From positions 416,001 to 480,000 of the forward strand of contig OY843751.1 of assembly GCA_963693055.1 (NCBI GenBank): DNA of 64,000 bases, written 5' to 3'. Position 1 is the first letter of the stretch, and each line of letters starts with the position of its first letter. This document shows, piece by piece, positions 18,778-29,677 of the stretch. The notes beneath the pieces are model-generated. The model searched no databases, was not told where the DNA came from, and was given only the letters and a program-made list of their open reading frames with translations. Both the position numbers and the translations under genes were made by a program. Source of the DNA: a bacterium. GTDB taxonomy: Bacteria > Zhuqueibacterota > Zhuqueibacteria > Residuimicrobiales > Krinioviventaceae.

Positions 18778-19968
18778 ATGAAAATGAAACTTCAAATATC
18801 ACTATATATATTGTTCTTTGCAGTGGGATGCTTGTTTCCACAATCGGGTATGCAATCGATCCAACAGCGGGAAGAATTGAAAAAAATCCGCAATCAGATT
18901 GAGCAGTATGAAAAAGAGATCAATGAAAAAAAATCTGTTGAAGCTAATGCGATTGAATTGATTTCTGACTTGGATAGGGAAATTACGGTTACAAAATCAT
19001 TTATCAAAAATCTGCGTACAGATATTAGTAAACGCGAACGTCAGGTTGGTCAACGGCAAAAAGAGATAAATGAAATAAATCAAAAGATTGAAAAATTGCG
19101 GGAACAGGCAAAAAAACGGATTGTAGCATTTTATAAACACGGAAAACGGCAGCAATTTGAATTATTGTTGGCCAGTGATAGCTTTTCTCAGGTAAAAACC
19201 TGGTTGAAATATCAAAAGCTTATTTCGCATAATGATCAACGATTGTATCAATCTTTGATTGAGAGTGTTGATCAATTGCAGCGTGGTAAACAATATCTTC
19301 AGGCCGAGATTTATGAAAAAGAACGCAATATAAGCGAGAGACACAAAGAAGAGGCTCAGTTGCACCAGAGTCGACAAAAACGCAACGAGTTGTTGACCAA
19401 AGTGCAAAATGATACACGGTTGCTTGAAAAACATTTGAACGAGCTGCGTGAATCTCAACGGCAGGTCCGAAATTTTATTTCGCAAAATGAAGAGAGGCGT
19501 TTAACCCGGCAGGCACGGAAAATTGAGCCAACACGTGAACAAACACCGGTTTTAAAACGTGACGGTACGTTTGCAAGTTTAAAGGGAAATCTGCCTTGGC
19601 CTGCCAAAGGTAGAATAACCAGTAAATTTGGTCGTCATAAACACCCGATTTACAAGACCGTAACAGAGAATCTGGGAATAGAGATTCAGGCTCCAATGGG
19701 AACACCTGTTGTTTCTGTAGATCAGGGGCAGGTGCAAACCATAACCTGGCAGCGTGGATTGGGAAATATTGTTATAATTAGTCACGATGACGGTTATTAT
19801 ACTGTTTATGCGCATCTTGACGAGATTCAAGTCAGCCCAATGCAACAGGTAACCCAGGGTGAAGTGATTGGCACCGTGGGAGATACAGGTTCCATGAGTG
19901 GACCGATTTTACAGTTCCAAATATGGAAAAATACAGACAGTATGAATCCGGAAGACTGGATTGGTTAA
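18778..19968 (+). CDS. envC: Murein hydrolase activator EnvC family (coiled coil plus degenerate M23 domain)
   Basis: Long coiled coil, then KGNLPWPAKG, NLGIEI and YTVYAHL; Zn ligands are partly lost, as in EnvC. Confidence 0.8.
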   Translation: MKMKLQISLYILFFAVGCLFPQSGMQSIQQREELKKIRNQIEQYEKEINEKKSVEANAIELISDLDREITVTKSFIKNLRTDISKRERQVGQRQKEINEINQKIEKLREQAKKRIVAFYKHGKRQQFELLLASDSFSQVKTWLKYQKLISHNDQRLYQSLIESVDQLQRGKQYLQAEIYEKERNISERHKEEAQLHQSRQKRNELLTKVQNDTRLLEKHLNELRESQRQVRNFISQNEERRLTRQARKIEPTREQTPVLKRDGTFASLKGNLPWPAKGRITSKFGRHKHPIYKTVTENLGIEIQAPMGTPVVSVDQGQVQTITWQRGLGNIVIISHDDGYYTVYAHLDEIQVSPMQQVTQGEVIGTVGDTGSMSGPILQFQIWKNTDSMNPEDWIG

Positions 19969-19988
19969 TATAGAGCTATTTTTTTATT

Positions 19989-21068
19989 ATGTTTGAACGA
20001 ATAATTGGGCAAAGCCGCCCCAAAGATATAATACAGCGGGCATTAAAAAATGACCGTATTCCACATGCATATTTGTTCAGCGGCCCTGAAGGTGTAGGTA
20101 AAGAGGCTATGGCCATTGAACTGGCCAAAGCATTGTATTGTACCGATACTGAAAATCGTCCCTGCAATAGCTGCTCAAATTGTCAACGGATTGGTGCTTT
20201 TGAGCATCCGGATATTCATTTCCTGTTTCCGGCACCCAAAAGTGCGACAATTGATGATGAACGACAAATTCTGGACAGCTTGGGCGAAAATCCATATGCA
20301 CGCAAAAAGCCTTGGGCTAATCCCAATATCAGCATTGATAAAATTCGGGAAATACGCCGGGTTAGCGCCATGAAACCCATGGAAGGTTTGCGTGTGGTAA
20401 TCATTTCGGATGCGGATACCATGAATGTGCAGGCAGCAAATGCGTTGCTCAAGATTTTAGAGGAACCGCCCCCAGCCATGCATTTGATATTGATCACTTC
20501 GCGGGTCAATGCGTTGTTACAGACAATTATATCTAGATGTCAGGAAATTCGTTTCTCGGCACTCTCTGATACAGAGATTGCTGAATCTCTTGTGGCTTTT
20601 GAACAGTTAGAGCCAGACAAGGCTGATATTATTTCGCGAATCAGTCAGGGAAGTTATGGTCGTGCACTTGAATGGCTTGATGAATCCTTTGAACTGCGCC
20701 GTGAAATGGCTATCCAGCTTTTACGTGCCAGCTTGAAAAGACCATCGAACCAGTTTGAAATAATTGCGGATTTGTTGGATAATTTTGATAAAAAGATGAT
20801 CAGAGATATTTTGGGGCTGATTTTGATCTGGTTTCGTGATTCCTTGATCTATATTAACAGTCATGATACTGCACAGCAACATCTGGTAAATCTTGATAAA
20901 ATAGATATTCTTGATAAATTTGTAAATACTTTTGAGTATATTGACATACAGAAAATAATTCAGCGAATTGAATATTCAATTCAACTTGTAGACCGTAATG
21001 CACAATTGAACCTGGTGCTATATGTTTTATTAACATACATCCAGGACAATTTTAGAATAAAAAGGTAA
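19989..21068 (+). CDS. holB: DNA polymerase III delta-prime subunit
   Basis: HAYLFSGPEGVGK, Zn-binding cysteines, HPD, AANALLKILEEPP, TIISRCQ. Confidence 0.93.
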   Translation: MFERIIGQSRPKDIIQRALKNDRIPHAYLFSGPEGVGKEAMAIELAKALYCTDTENRPCNSCSNCQRIGAFEHPDIHFLFPAPKSATIDDERQILDSLGENPYARKKPWANPNISIDKIREIRRVSAMKPMEGLRVVIISDADTMNVQAANALLKILEEPPPAMHLILITSRVNALLQTIISRCQEIRFSALSDTEIAESLVAFEQLEPDKADIISRISQGSYGRALEWLDESFELRREMAIQLLRASLKRPSNQFEIIADLLDNFDKKMIRDILGLILIWFRDSLIYINSHDTAQQHLVNLDKIDILDKFVNTFEYIDIQKIIQRIEYSIQLVDRNAQLNLVLYVLLTYIQDNFRIKR

Positions 21069-21073
21069 TATAG

Positions 21074-21922
21074 ATGATTGAAGTGGTTTTCAAAGGGGAA
21101 CGGAAGGATATATATCACAACCCGCAGGAATTTCCATTCAAGGTGGGTGATTTTGTTATAGTAGAAGCAGAAAAAGGTGAAGATTTGGGCCTGATTAACC
21201 AGATTGGGTCTCGCCTTGAACGCAAAAAAGCAGATAAAGTGATTCGTAATATTATCCGCAAGCCTATGAAAAAAGACATGGAGCGGTATTACAATAATTT
21301 CCGTAAAGAAAAAGACGCCTACAAGGTTTGTCGTAAAAAGATATCTGAACACGGTTTGGATATGAAATTGGTTGGTGTTGAATACCAGTTTGACGGACAA
21401 AAGATTACATTCTATTTTACAGCAGATCAGCGTGTGGATTTTAGAGAACTGGTAAAGGAACTTGCCAGCATCTACAAAGTAAGAATAGAGCTTCGGCAGA
21501 TCGGTGTGCGTGATGAAGCCAAGCGTATTGGCGGCCATGGAACGTGCGGAAGAAAATTATGTTGTACCACTTTTTTAAAAGAGTTTGAACCCATTACAAC
21601 CCAGTGTGCCAAAGAGCAGAACCTGCCCTTGAATCCGCAAAAGCTGTCAGGTTTGTGTGGTCGCTTGCTGTGTTGTTTAATGTATGAGCGCGAGTTCTAT
21701 CGTGAGCAGAACGAAAAGCTTCCACCAATAGGAACCCGTTATAAAATGAAAAATGGTAATGCGCTTGTTATAGAGTTGGATGTTTTTAAAGAGCAGGTTA
21801 CACTGCACTTGCCAGATGATAAACGGGAAAAATTTGACGTCAAAGATCTTGAGCAATACGAGTGTATTCCTGTTGAACCTGAAGAAGAGCAGGTTACAGA
21901 AGAAAATGAAAAAAACGCATAA
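21074..21922 (+). CDS. ricT: PSP1/RicT (YaaT) family protein
   Basis: FYFTADQRVDFRELVK, RIELRQIGVRDEAK, CGRKLCC, CGRLLCCL. Confidence 0.9.
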   Translation: MIEVVFKGERKDIYHNPQEFPFKVGDFVIVEAEKGEDLGLINQIGSRLERKKADKVIRNIIRKPMKKDMERYYNNFRKEKDAYKVCRKKISEHGLDMKLVGVEYQFDGQKITFYFTADQRVDFRELVKELASIYKVRIELRQIGVRDEAKRIGGHGTCGRKLCCTTFLKEFEPITTQCAKEQNLPLNPQKLSGLCGRLLCCLMYEREFYREQNEKLPPIGTRYKMKNGNALVIELDVFKEQVTLHLPDDKREKFDVKDLEQYECIPVEPEEEQVTEENEKNA

Positions 21923-21943
21923 TATCTGGAAAGATTGATTTAC

Positions 21944-23995
21944 ATGAAAGAGTATAAACGAATACTGGTTACCAGTGCTTTGCCTTATGCCAATGGTCCC
22001 ATTCACCTGGGGCACCTTGCAGGTGCATATTTACCTGCCGATGTTTACGTGAGATATCAACGACTCAAAAAACAGGATGTGATCTATATCTGTGGATCCG
22101 ATGAGCATGGTGTACCAATTACTATTGCTGCTGAAAAGAAAAATGTTTCTCCTCAACAGATTGTGGATGAATTCCATTTTCGCAATAAAAAAGCCTTTGA
22201 GGGCTTTGGTATGTCATTTGATTATTATGGCCGTACCAGTTCTAAAATGCACCACGAAACTTCGCAGGAAATTTTTAAAAAGCTGCATGATAAGGGCATA
22301 TTCAAGTTAAAAAAAGAGAAACAGCTTTACGATCCCAAAGCTGATATGTTTTTGGCTGACCGGTATGTAAAAGGTACGTGCCCGCATTGCTCTTATGCGG
22401 AAGCATATGGGGATCAGTGTGAAAAATGCGGTACATCTTTGTCGCCATCCGAATTGATTGATCCCAAAAGTGCGTTGAGCGGAGAAACCCCGGAAATGCG
22501 TGAAACCGAACACTGGTACATTCCTCTTGGTGATTTTCAAAAAGAGGTGGAAGACTGGATCAATACAAAGTCAAACTGGAAAACCAATGTGCTGGGCCAG
22601 GTAAAAAGCTGGTTGAATGATGGTTTGGCAGACCGTGCGGTAACCCGTGACCTACGTTGGGGCGTGGACGTTCCTTTGGAAAATGCTCAGGGTAAGGTTT
22701 TGTATGTATGGTTTGACGCGCCTATTGGGTATATTTCTGCTACTAAAGAATGGTCTCTTGAAAAAGGTGATGCTGATTCATGGAAAACCTATTGGCAGGA
22801 TGATGAAACCAAGCTGGTCCATTTTATTGGCAAAGATAATATTGTATTTCACTGTATCATGTTCCCGGCAACTCTGATGGAGCTGGGTGACTATGTTTTA
22901 CCGGATAATGTGCCTGCGAATGAGTTTTTGAATCTTGAAGGAAACAAGCTGTCTACCAGCAAGAATTACGCGGTATGGCTTGAAGATTATCTGGAAACTT
23001 TTGAGGTTGATCCGCTGCGCTATTATCTGGCTGTAAATGCTCCCGAAACCAAAGATGCTGATTTTACCTGGCAGGAATTTCAACAGCGAAATAACAGCGA
23101 ACTGGCTGATATACTTGGCAATTTTATCAACCGTACACTAACTTTTGCGGGCAAGCAATTTGATGGTAAAGTACCTGCACGTGGAGAGCTGGATGAGAAT
23201 GATAAACAGATGATTGCTGTGTTGCAGGAAGCCCCTGAAAAAGTTGGTGGTTTTTTGGAAAATTACGAGTTGCGCAAGGCTATTTATGCGTTCATGGATG
23301 TAGGTCGTGCAGCTAACAAGTATTTTAATGACCAGGAGCCCTGGGTTACTGCCAAGTCGAACCGTGAGAAATGTGCTACGACTTTGAATATATGTATACA
23401 TGCTGTCAAGACACTTGCTGTTTTAATGGCACCATTTTTACCTTTCTCTGCTAAAAAAGCATGGGAAATATTGGCATTAGATTCTGATATTGAAAAGTAT
23501 AACTGGGATTCTGCCGGTGATCTGGATTTGCCGGATGGACATGCTTATGGTAAAGTATCTATTCTGTTTAGAAAAATAGAGGACAGTGAAATAGAACCCC
23601 AGGTAGAGCGTTTGAAAAAAATTCAGTCTGCATTGAACGGTAAAGTGCAGGAAGAAAAACCCGAAAAGCCCAAAATAGCTTATGACGATTTTGCTAAAGT
23701 AGAGTTAAAAGTCGCGCGTGTTTTGGCTGCTGAAAAAGTGAAAAAAGCTGACAAGTTGTTAAAATTACAGATAGAGATTGGCGGTCATGAACGGCAAATC
23801 ATTGCCGGTATTGCTCAAAAATATACTCCTGAAGAAATGGTTGGGAAAAAGATCATAGTGGTTGCTAATCTGGAACCGGCTAAAATTCGCGGTGAAGTAT
23901 CGAACGGAATGCTGCTGGCGGCAACAGATGATGATGGAAATTTCAGCTTGCTGGGACTAGACCGTGACGTGGAAAGCGGAGCGGGCATCAAGTGA
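21944..23995 (+). CDS. metG: Methionine--tRNA ligase with C-terminal tRNA-binding domain
   Basis: ALPYANGPIHLGH, Zn knuckle, YVWFDA, KLSTS, C-terminal Trbp domain. Confidence 0.97.
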   Translation: MKEYKRILVTSALPYANGPIHLGHLAGAYLPADVYVRYQRLKKQDVIYICGSDEHGVPITIAAEKKNVSPQQIVDEFHFRNKKAFEGFGMSFDYYGRTSSKMHHETSQEIFKKLHDKGIFKLKKEKQLYDPKADMFLADRYVKGTCPHCSYAEAYGDQCEKCGTSLSPSELIDPKSALSGETPEMRETEHWYIPLGDFQKEVEDWINTKSNWKTNVLGQVKSWLNDGLADRAVTRDLRWGVDVPLENAQGKVLYVWFDAPIGYISATKEWSLEKGDADSWKTYWQDDETKLVHFIGKDNIVFHCIMFPATLMELGDYVLPDNVPANEFLNLEGNKLSTSKNYAVWLEDYLETFEVDPLRYYLAVNAPETKDADFTWQEFQQRNNSELADILGNFINRTLTFAGKQFDGKVPARGELDENDKQMIAVLQEAPEKVGGFLENYELRKAIYAFMDVGRAANKYFNDQEPWVTAKSNREKCATTLNICIHAVKTLAVLMAPFLPFSAKKAWEILALDSDIEKYNWDSAGDLDLPDGHAYGKVSILFRKIEDSEIEPQVERLKKIQSALNGKVQEEKPEKPKIAYDDFAKVELKVARVLAAEKVKKADKLLKLQIEIGGHERQIIAGIAQKYTPEEMVGKKIIVVANLEPAKIRGEVSNGMLLAATDDDGNFSLLGLDRDVESGAGIK

Positions 23996-24780
23996 CAAAA
24001 GTTATTGATACGCATACACACCTTGATTTTCATCAGTTTGATGCAGACCGTGATGATGTGATCTGTCGTGCAAAAGAAGCTGATGTTGCAGCAATGATTA
24101 CCATTGGCATTGATCGCCAGACTAGTGAAAAATCGGTGCAAATTGCTACAGAGAATGTAAATGTGTTCGCTGCTGTGGGAGTTCATCCGCATGATGCGGG
24201 GGCGATAAAAGAAGGCGATCTGGAGGCTTTGCGAGAGCTTGCAGAACACCCCAAAACAGTAGCCATTGGTGAGATTGGTCTTGATTATTATCGTAATCTC
24301 ACACCACCGGAAACACAACGCAAAGTGTTGAAAACGTTCCTTGAAATGGCAAAAGACCTGGACAAGCCGGTCATTATACATACCCGTGAAGCGGATGATG
24401 ATATTATCTCTATTCTCAAAGAGTATGGAAGGCAAAGCTGGCGTGGTGTGTTTCATTGTTTTTCCGGTGATGTGGAAATGGCTAAAAAGGTGATCGATAT
24501 GGGTTTCCTGGTTTCGTTTACCGGAAACATAACTTTTAAAAAGTCCACTTCAGCCTTAGTTGCAGCAAAGCTTCCATTGGAAAAATTGATGGTTGAAACC
24601 GATTGTCCCTTTATGGCGCCTGTGCCGAATCGCGGCAAACGCAACGAACCTGCTTTTGTTCAATATGTTGCACAAAAGCTTGCGGAATTGCAAAACAAGC
24701 GTTATGATGATGTAGCACGCATTACTACAGAAAATGCAATAAATCTTTTTGGTTTAACGTTAGAGGTTGAAAGGGAATGA
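23992..24780 (+). CDS. tatD: TatD family DNase
   Basis: DTHTH, GVHPH, GEIGLDY, ETDCPFM. Confidence 0.93.
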   Translation: MTKVIDTHTHLDFHQFDADRDDVICRAKEADVAAMITIGIDRQTSEKSVQIATENVNVFAAVGVHPHDAGAIKEGDLEALRELAEHPKTVAIGEIGLDYYRNLTPPETQRKVLKTFLEMAKDLDKPVIIHTREADDDIISILKEYGRQSWRGVFHCFSGDVEMAKKVIDMGFLVSFTGNITFKKSTSALVAAKLPLEKLMVETDCPFMAPVPNRGKRNEPAFVQYVAQKLAELQNKRYDDVARITTENAINLFGLTLEVERE

Positions 24781-25568
24781 TTCCCCGATCCGAAAAGAAA
24801 CCAAAACAGAGTTTGGGCCAGAATTTTCTGGTAGATGCCAATGTTGCAAACAATATTGTAGATGCATTTAATTTGAGCAATACGGATACTGCATTAGAGA
24901 TTGGTCCGGGGCCGGGAGTGTTAACCCAACGAATCTTGACGCGTATAAAAAAATTAATTGCTGTAGAAATAGATGGTCCCCTGGCAGAGAGTTTAAATCT
25001 GCGTTTTGGAGATTTGAGTAGTTTTGTACTTCACCATTGTGATTTTTTGAAATTTGATATGGGCCTGGTCCCTGAATCTGATATACGGGTAATTGGTAAT
25101 ATTCCGTACAATATAACAAGCCCGATTTTTTTCAAGGTGTTGGAAGCGCGCAATAAAGTACGGGATCTGACCATGCTGATCCAAAAAGAAGTGGCTATTC
25201 GTATTGTATCTAAACCCAATACCAAAGAATATGGTATTATGGCTGTCATGAGCCAGGCATATGCGGATGTAGAAATTTTGATGCACGTCCCCAAAACTGT
25301 TTTTCGTCCGCGGCCTAAAATTGATTCGTCACTTGTAAGATGGACGTTTCACGACAAATTTGCAAAGGATATTGAGAATCCGGTATTGTTTAATGCTCTT
25401 GTGCGTCAGGCATTTGGTCAGCGCCGGAAGATGATGCGAAACACTTTGAAAGAATATTATGAGCAAGATCCCGAATTGTGGGATTTTACCAAAAGACCGG
25501 AGCAGCTTTCTGTAATCGACTGGATTGAACTGTCCAACCGGATACATTCTATGCAGACTCCACCTTGA
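24777..25568 (+). CDS. rsmA: 16S rRNA m6,2A1518/1519 dimethyltransferase
   Basis: LGQNFL, EIGPGPG, GNIPYNIT, F.P.PKIDS, QRRKM. Confidence 0.96.
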   Translation: MIPRSEKKPKQSLGQNFLVDANVANNIVDAFNLSNTDTALEIGPGPGVLTQRILTRIKKLIAVEIDGPLAESLNLRFGDLSSFVLHHCDFLKFDMGLVPESDIRVIGNIPYNITSPIFFKVLEARNKVRDLTMLIQKEVAIRIVSKPNTKEYGIMAVMSQAYADVEILMHVPKTVFRPRPKIDSSLVRWTFHDKFAKDIENPVLFNALVRQAFGQRRKMMRNTLKEYYEQDPELWDFTKRPEQLSVIDWIELSNRIHSMQTPP

Positions 25569-25599
25569 TAAAATATTAACCCCTAAAGAGGGCTGTGAT

Positions 25600-26961
25600 A
25601 TGGAATTGCAAGATCGTATTGAAATCGTCGAGAATGTTCGTTACCTGCTGGAAGTGCAGGATGAACCGAAAATTATGAATTTCATCATAGATACCCACCC
25701 CGCTGATCTCGCCGACATAATGCGTGAAATGGACGATGAAGAACGATTGCAATTATTCAAGTTTTTGGAAACAGAAACGGCCTCTGAAGTTCTCCTCGAA
25801 TTTGATGATGTGACCCGCGAACAAATTGTAAACAGACTTGAAACATCCCGACTGTCTGAGATTGTGGATGAAATGGACTCGGACGATGCTACTGACGTTG
25901 TGGCATCTTTGCCTGATGATGTTGCTGAATCAGTATTGACCAGCATTGGTGGTCAGGACCGGTTTGAAGTTGAAAAACTGTTGGTGCACGAAGAAGATAC
26001 CGCCGGTGGTATTATGGCGTTGGAGTTTATTGCGGTGTATGATGACGAGACCGTTGATGACGCCATTCAGGAAATTCGGCAGAAATCCAAAGAAGTTGAA
26101 GACGTTTATTATGTATATGCTATTGATCGCGGCGGTAGACTTGTTGGAATTGTGCCACTGAAAAATCTGATCTTGCGTAATCCGAAACGGCTGATCAAAG
26201 AAGTAATGGAAACCGATTTTATTTCGGTAACGGTAGAGCGCGACCAGGAAGACGTTGCCAATCTGGTACGTAAATATGATATGTTATCTGTTCCGGTTGT
26301 GGATGCTTATAACCGGTTGGTGGGGCGCATCACCATTGACGATGTAATGGACGTTGTGCAGGAAGAAGCTAATGAAGATATGCAGCGCATGGCGGGTATC
26401 TCGGATGAAGAAGTTTTACAGGAAACCTCAACTTTGAGGATTTCCCGTAACCGTCTGCCCTGGTTGTTTATTGCCTTTCTGGGAGAGATGGTTTCCGCTT
26501 TTATTATGCGAAGTTTTGGTGCTTCTCTGGAAAAAATAGTTTGGTTGTCCTTTTTCGTTCCGGTAATCATGGCAATGGGCGGAAATACCGGCATTCAATC
26601 TTCTACTATTATCATTCGCAGTATTTCTCTTGGTGAAGGCGGCGCAACCAAATTGTGGAAGCGGCTTTGGCGTGAATTGCGGGTTGGTTTTTTGATCGGA
26701 CTTATTTTTGCCGCTTTGATTTATCTTGTTGTATTTATCTGGATGGGTGAACCTATCTTTGGATTGGTATTGGCCCTGGCCTTGTTATGTGTATTGCTGA
26801 ATGCATCATTATTTGGAACAATAATCCCCATTACTTTGCACAAGTTGAAATATGATCCTGCTATTGCTACGGGACCTTTCATTACCACATCGAATGATAT
26901 TTTGGGTTTGCTGATTTATTTCAGTTTGGCTACGGCCTTTTTTAAATTGTTTGCGAACTAG
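25600..26961 (+). CDS. mgtE: Magnesium transporter MgtE
   Basis: HPADLAD, CBS pair, RLPWL, GGNTGIQS, DPAIATGPFITT. Confidence 0.96.
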   Translation: MELQDRIEIVENVRYLLEVQDEPKIMNFIIDTHPADLADIMREMDDEERLQLFKFLETETASEVLLEFDDVTREQIVNRLETSRLSEIVDEMDSDDATDVVASLPDDVAESVLTSIGGQDRFEVEKLLVHEEDTAGGIMALEFIAVYDDETVDDAIQEIRQKSKEVEDVYYVYAIDRGGRLVGIVPLKNLILRNPKRLIKEVMETDFISVTVERDQEDVANLVRKYDMLSVPVVDAYNRLVGRITIDDVMDVVQEEANEDMQRMAGISDEEVLQETSTLRISRNRLPWLFIAFLGEMVSAFIMRSFGASLEKIVWLSFFVPVIMAMGGNTGIQSSTIIIRSISLGEGGATKLWKRLWRELRVGFLIGLIFAALIYLVVFIWMGEPIFGLVLALALLCVLLNASLFGTIIPITLHKLKYDPAIATGPFITTSNDILGLLIYFSLATAFFKLFAN

Positions 26962-26964
26962 ATT

Positions 26965-27738
26965 ATGGCCATTAGTAAGACAGATGCGGTTATTATCCAC
27001 AGCCGCAAACAGGGGGAAACCAGCAAAATCCTTACAGTTTACAGTGAGCAATTTGGAAAAATGCGATTGGTGGCAAAGGGGTCTCGTGGTGTTAAATCCA
27101 AATATCTCGGTATATTGGAAACGCTGAACCATGTTACCCTCATTTTTTACCGCAAAGAAAATCGGGATATTCAATACCTCAGCCAGGCGGATGTGGTTGA
27201 TCGGTTTTCATCTATACATGAACAGTTGGGCAAAATTGCATTGGCGGCTATTCCCTGCGAGATTATTGATCGGGCCGAGACCACTGAACATCAAAACCAG
27301 CCCTTGTTTCATTTACTTTTAGATACCCTGCACGCACTTGAACAAGCCAAAACCGGATTGAAAAATATTGTACGGTCTTTTTATCTATATTATATTAAAA
27401 TATCGGGCTTTGAACCGGAGATATCCTCATGCGCGCACTGTGGCGCCGATACCTATGATAGAAATTATTTTTTTGAATTGCAGAATGGAAACATTGCATG
27501 TGAGGATTGTGCCCTGGTAACAGAAAACAGTGTTCGGCTTTCGGGAAAAGCATTGGAAACACTGCAATGGTTGAACCGTGTAGACATGTCCCAGGTGTAT
27601 GATAAAACTTTACCAGCGCAGATTGGGGTAGAATTGGATGATTTGTTGGTTCCGTATCTTCGGTTCCATGTAGAGGGAATTCTCAATTTACGCTCATTGG
27701 ATCACTTGCACCAGTTACAGAGTCATCTTGAAAAATAA
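26965..27738 (+). CDS. recO: DNA repair protein RecO
   Basis: N-terminal OB fold (ETSKILTVYS..GK...VAKG) and C4 Zn finger. Confidence 0.93.
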   Translation: MAISKTDAVIIHSRKQGETSKILTVYSEQFGKMRLVAKGSRGVKSKYLGILETLNHVTLIFYRKENRDIQYLSQADVVDRFSSIHEQLGKIALAAIPCEIIDRAETTEHQNQPLFHLLLDTLHALEQAKTGLKNIVRSFYLYYIKISGFEPEISSCAHCGADTYDRNYFFELQNGNIACEDCALVTENSVRLSGKALETLQWLNRVDMSQVYDKTLPAQIGVELDDLLVPYLRFHVEGILNLRSLDHLHQLQSHLEK

Positions 27739-27829
27739 ACTTGAATATGTCGTAATTTATTCGTAAATATATATTTTTAAATCCTTTGGATAATTTGAAA
27801 AGCTGTAAAAATAGATAAGGGTAAAAATA

Positions 27830-29155
27830 ATGGCTAAAACCGAATCCGTTATGGATAAGCTGGTGTCTTTGTGTAAAAGACGTGGATTTATATTTCAATC
27901 GAGTGATATTTACGGCGGATTGTCTGCTGTGTATGATTATGGTCCATTGGGCGTAGAGCTGAAAAACAATATCAAAAAATTCTGGTGGAAATGGATGGTA
28001 CAAACCCGCGATAATATCGTTGGGTTGGATGCGGCAATTTTGATGGCTGCACGTGTTTGGGAAGCTTCGGGCCACGTTGAAGGCTTTACTGATCCGTTAG
28101 TGGATTGTAAAAAATGTAAGCACCGTTTCCGTGAAGATTTGCTTGAAGATGCTTCCGTATGTCCCGATTGTGGCGGAGAGCTGACCGAATCACGCCAGTT
28201 TAACCTCATGTTCAAAACCAATATTGGTCCCGTTGAAGAAAGTTCCAGCGCAATCTTTTTGCGACCCGAGACCGCGCAGGGTATTTATGTAAACTTTCCC
28301 AATGTTGCGGATTCTACCCGTGTAAAAATTCCCTTTGGTATTGCACAAATCGGTAAAGCATTCCGTAACGAAATTACAACTGAAAATTTCATTTTCCGTA
28401 CCCGTGAATTTGAACAGATGGAAATGCAGTTTTTTGTTCGCCCCGGTACCGATAAAGAGCATTTTGAAAACTGGAAACAAGACCGTATCCGTTATTATGG
28501 TGAACTGGGTATCAATCCTGATAAAGTACGCTTTCATCAGCATGGCCCCAATGAACTTGCGCATTATGCAAAAGACGCGTTTGACATTGAATACGAATTT
28601 CCCTTTGGATGGAAAGAGCTGGAAGGTATCCACAACAGAACCGATTTTGACTTGAAACGTCACTCTGAATATACCGGTAAACCCCTGCTCTATACGGATG
28701 AAGAGATTAAAGAAAAATACATCCCCTATATTGTGGAAACTTCTGCCGGAGCGGACCGTACCGTGATGGCTGTTCTCTCTGATGCTTATGAAGAACAACA
28801 ATTGGAAAAAGATACCCGTACCGTGATGCATTTTGCTCCCGAGATTGCGCCTATCAAAGCTGGTATTTTCCCATTGGTGAAAAAAGAAGGTTTGCCCGAG
28901 ATCGCTCGCAAGATCCAGAATATGCTGAAACCGCATTACAATGTGTTCTATGATGAAGGTGGTGCAGTGGGCCGTCGGTATCGCCGTCAGGACGAGATCG
29001 GTACACCTTATTGTATTACAGTGGATTTTGATACCAAAGAAGATGAAGCTGTAACGATCCGTGAGCGCGACAGTATGGAACAGAGCCGCGTAAAAATCGA
29101 TGAACTGCGTAACTGGATGTTTGAGCGCATTGACAATCGCGTAAAATACGAATAA
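27830..29155 (+). CDS. glyQS: Glycine--tRNA ligase (homodimeric class II)
   Basis: KRRGF, LRPETAQG, GKAFRNEI, REFEQMEMQ, GRRYRRQDEIGTP. Confidence 0.97.
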   Translation: MAKTESVMDKLVSLCKRRGFIFQSSDIYGGLSAVYDYGPLGVELKNNIKKFWWKWMVQTRDNIVGLDAAILMAARVWEASGHVEGFTDPLVDCKKCKHRFREDLLEDASVCPDCGGELTESRQFNLMFKTNIGPVEESSSAIFLRPETAQGIYVNFPNVADSTRVKIPFGIAQIGKAFRNEITTENFIFRTREFEQMEMQFFVRPGTDKEHFENWKQDRIRYYGELGINPDKVRFHQHGPNELAHYAKDAFDIEYEFPFGWKELEGIHNRTDFDLKRHSEYTGKPLLYTDEEIKEKYIPYIVETSAGADRTVMAVLSDAYEEQQLEKDTRTVMHFAPEIAPIKAGIFPLVKKEGLPEIARKIQNMLKPHYNVFYDEGGAVGRRYRRQDEIGTPYCITVDFDTKEDEAVTIRERDSMEQSRVKIDELRNWMFERIDNRVKYE

Positions 29156-29200
29156 TTTGTTAATTATATAGGACAGAGAAATTTGTCCTTGAAAATATTG

Positions 29201-29237
29201 CCCACCCAAAGGTTTTATGCTTTGGGTGGGTTTTTTA
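29201..29237 (+). terminator. Intrinsic terminator of glyQS
   Basis: cccacccaaag-gttttatg-ctttgggtggg followed by tttttt. Confidence 0.85.
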
Positions 29238-29648
29238 TTGTTTGAATTAAGATTTTTAGGATTAAAGGATTGTAGGATTTTGAAAAGGGGAAAGGTTGAT
29301 TCGCCAACTTGTTAGGCATATAATGTCGAATATAATATTTTCATAACAATGCCGAGTATGGGGACGAGATCAAAGTCGCATAAATTGTGTTAATGCCAGT
29401 CAATTGTGTGAATCCACCTTTTAGTGAATTTAAATCAGTCTGCATTAGTAGAGCAATTATGAGAGATTTTCTCTTGTGGTACAACAATTCCCTTGGGGAA
29501 TTTCAAAAAAACTCGAACTATTAAATGTGTTTTTATGATTTTGTTTTCAAAGGCTTTTATGGAAAATTCGAAAAACACGAAAAATAATAATTTTTATGTT
29601 AATTTTAAGTTAAAAATAAAAAAATATTAACGTTTTTTAAAGATAGAC

Positions 29649-29677
29649 TTGACATTTGTAAGGTAAAAGATTAAATT
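29649..29677 (+). promoter_or_regulatory. Candidate sigma70 promoter, probably the native promoter of the gene at 31116 before IS insertion
   Basis: TTGACA, 17-bp spacer, TAAATT, with an AT-rich upstream tract. Confidence 0.55.

Noticed and set aside
28190-29209. 339-aa ORF antisense to glyQS
   Set aside because: Shadow frame of a highly conserved gene; it starts at a TTG within the terminator and has no recognisable motifs.
29305-29340. GTTAGGC attC-like core and a dif-like AT-rich tract at the island edge
   Set aside because: There is no matching inverse core with a long imperfect palindrome, no good XerD arm and no integrase in the window.
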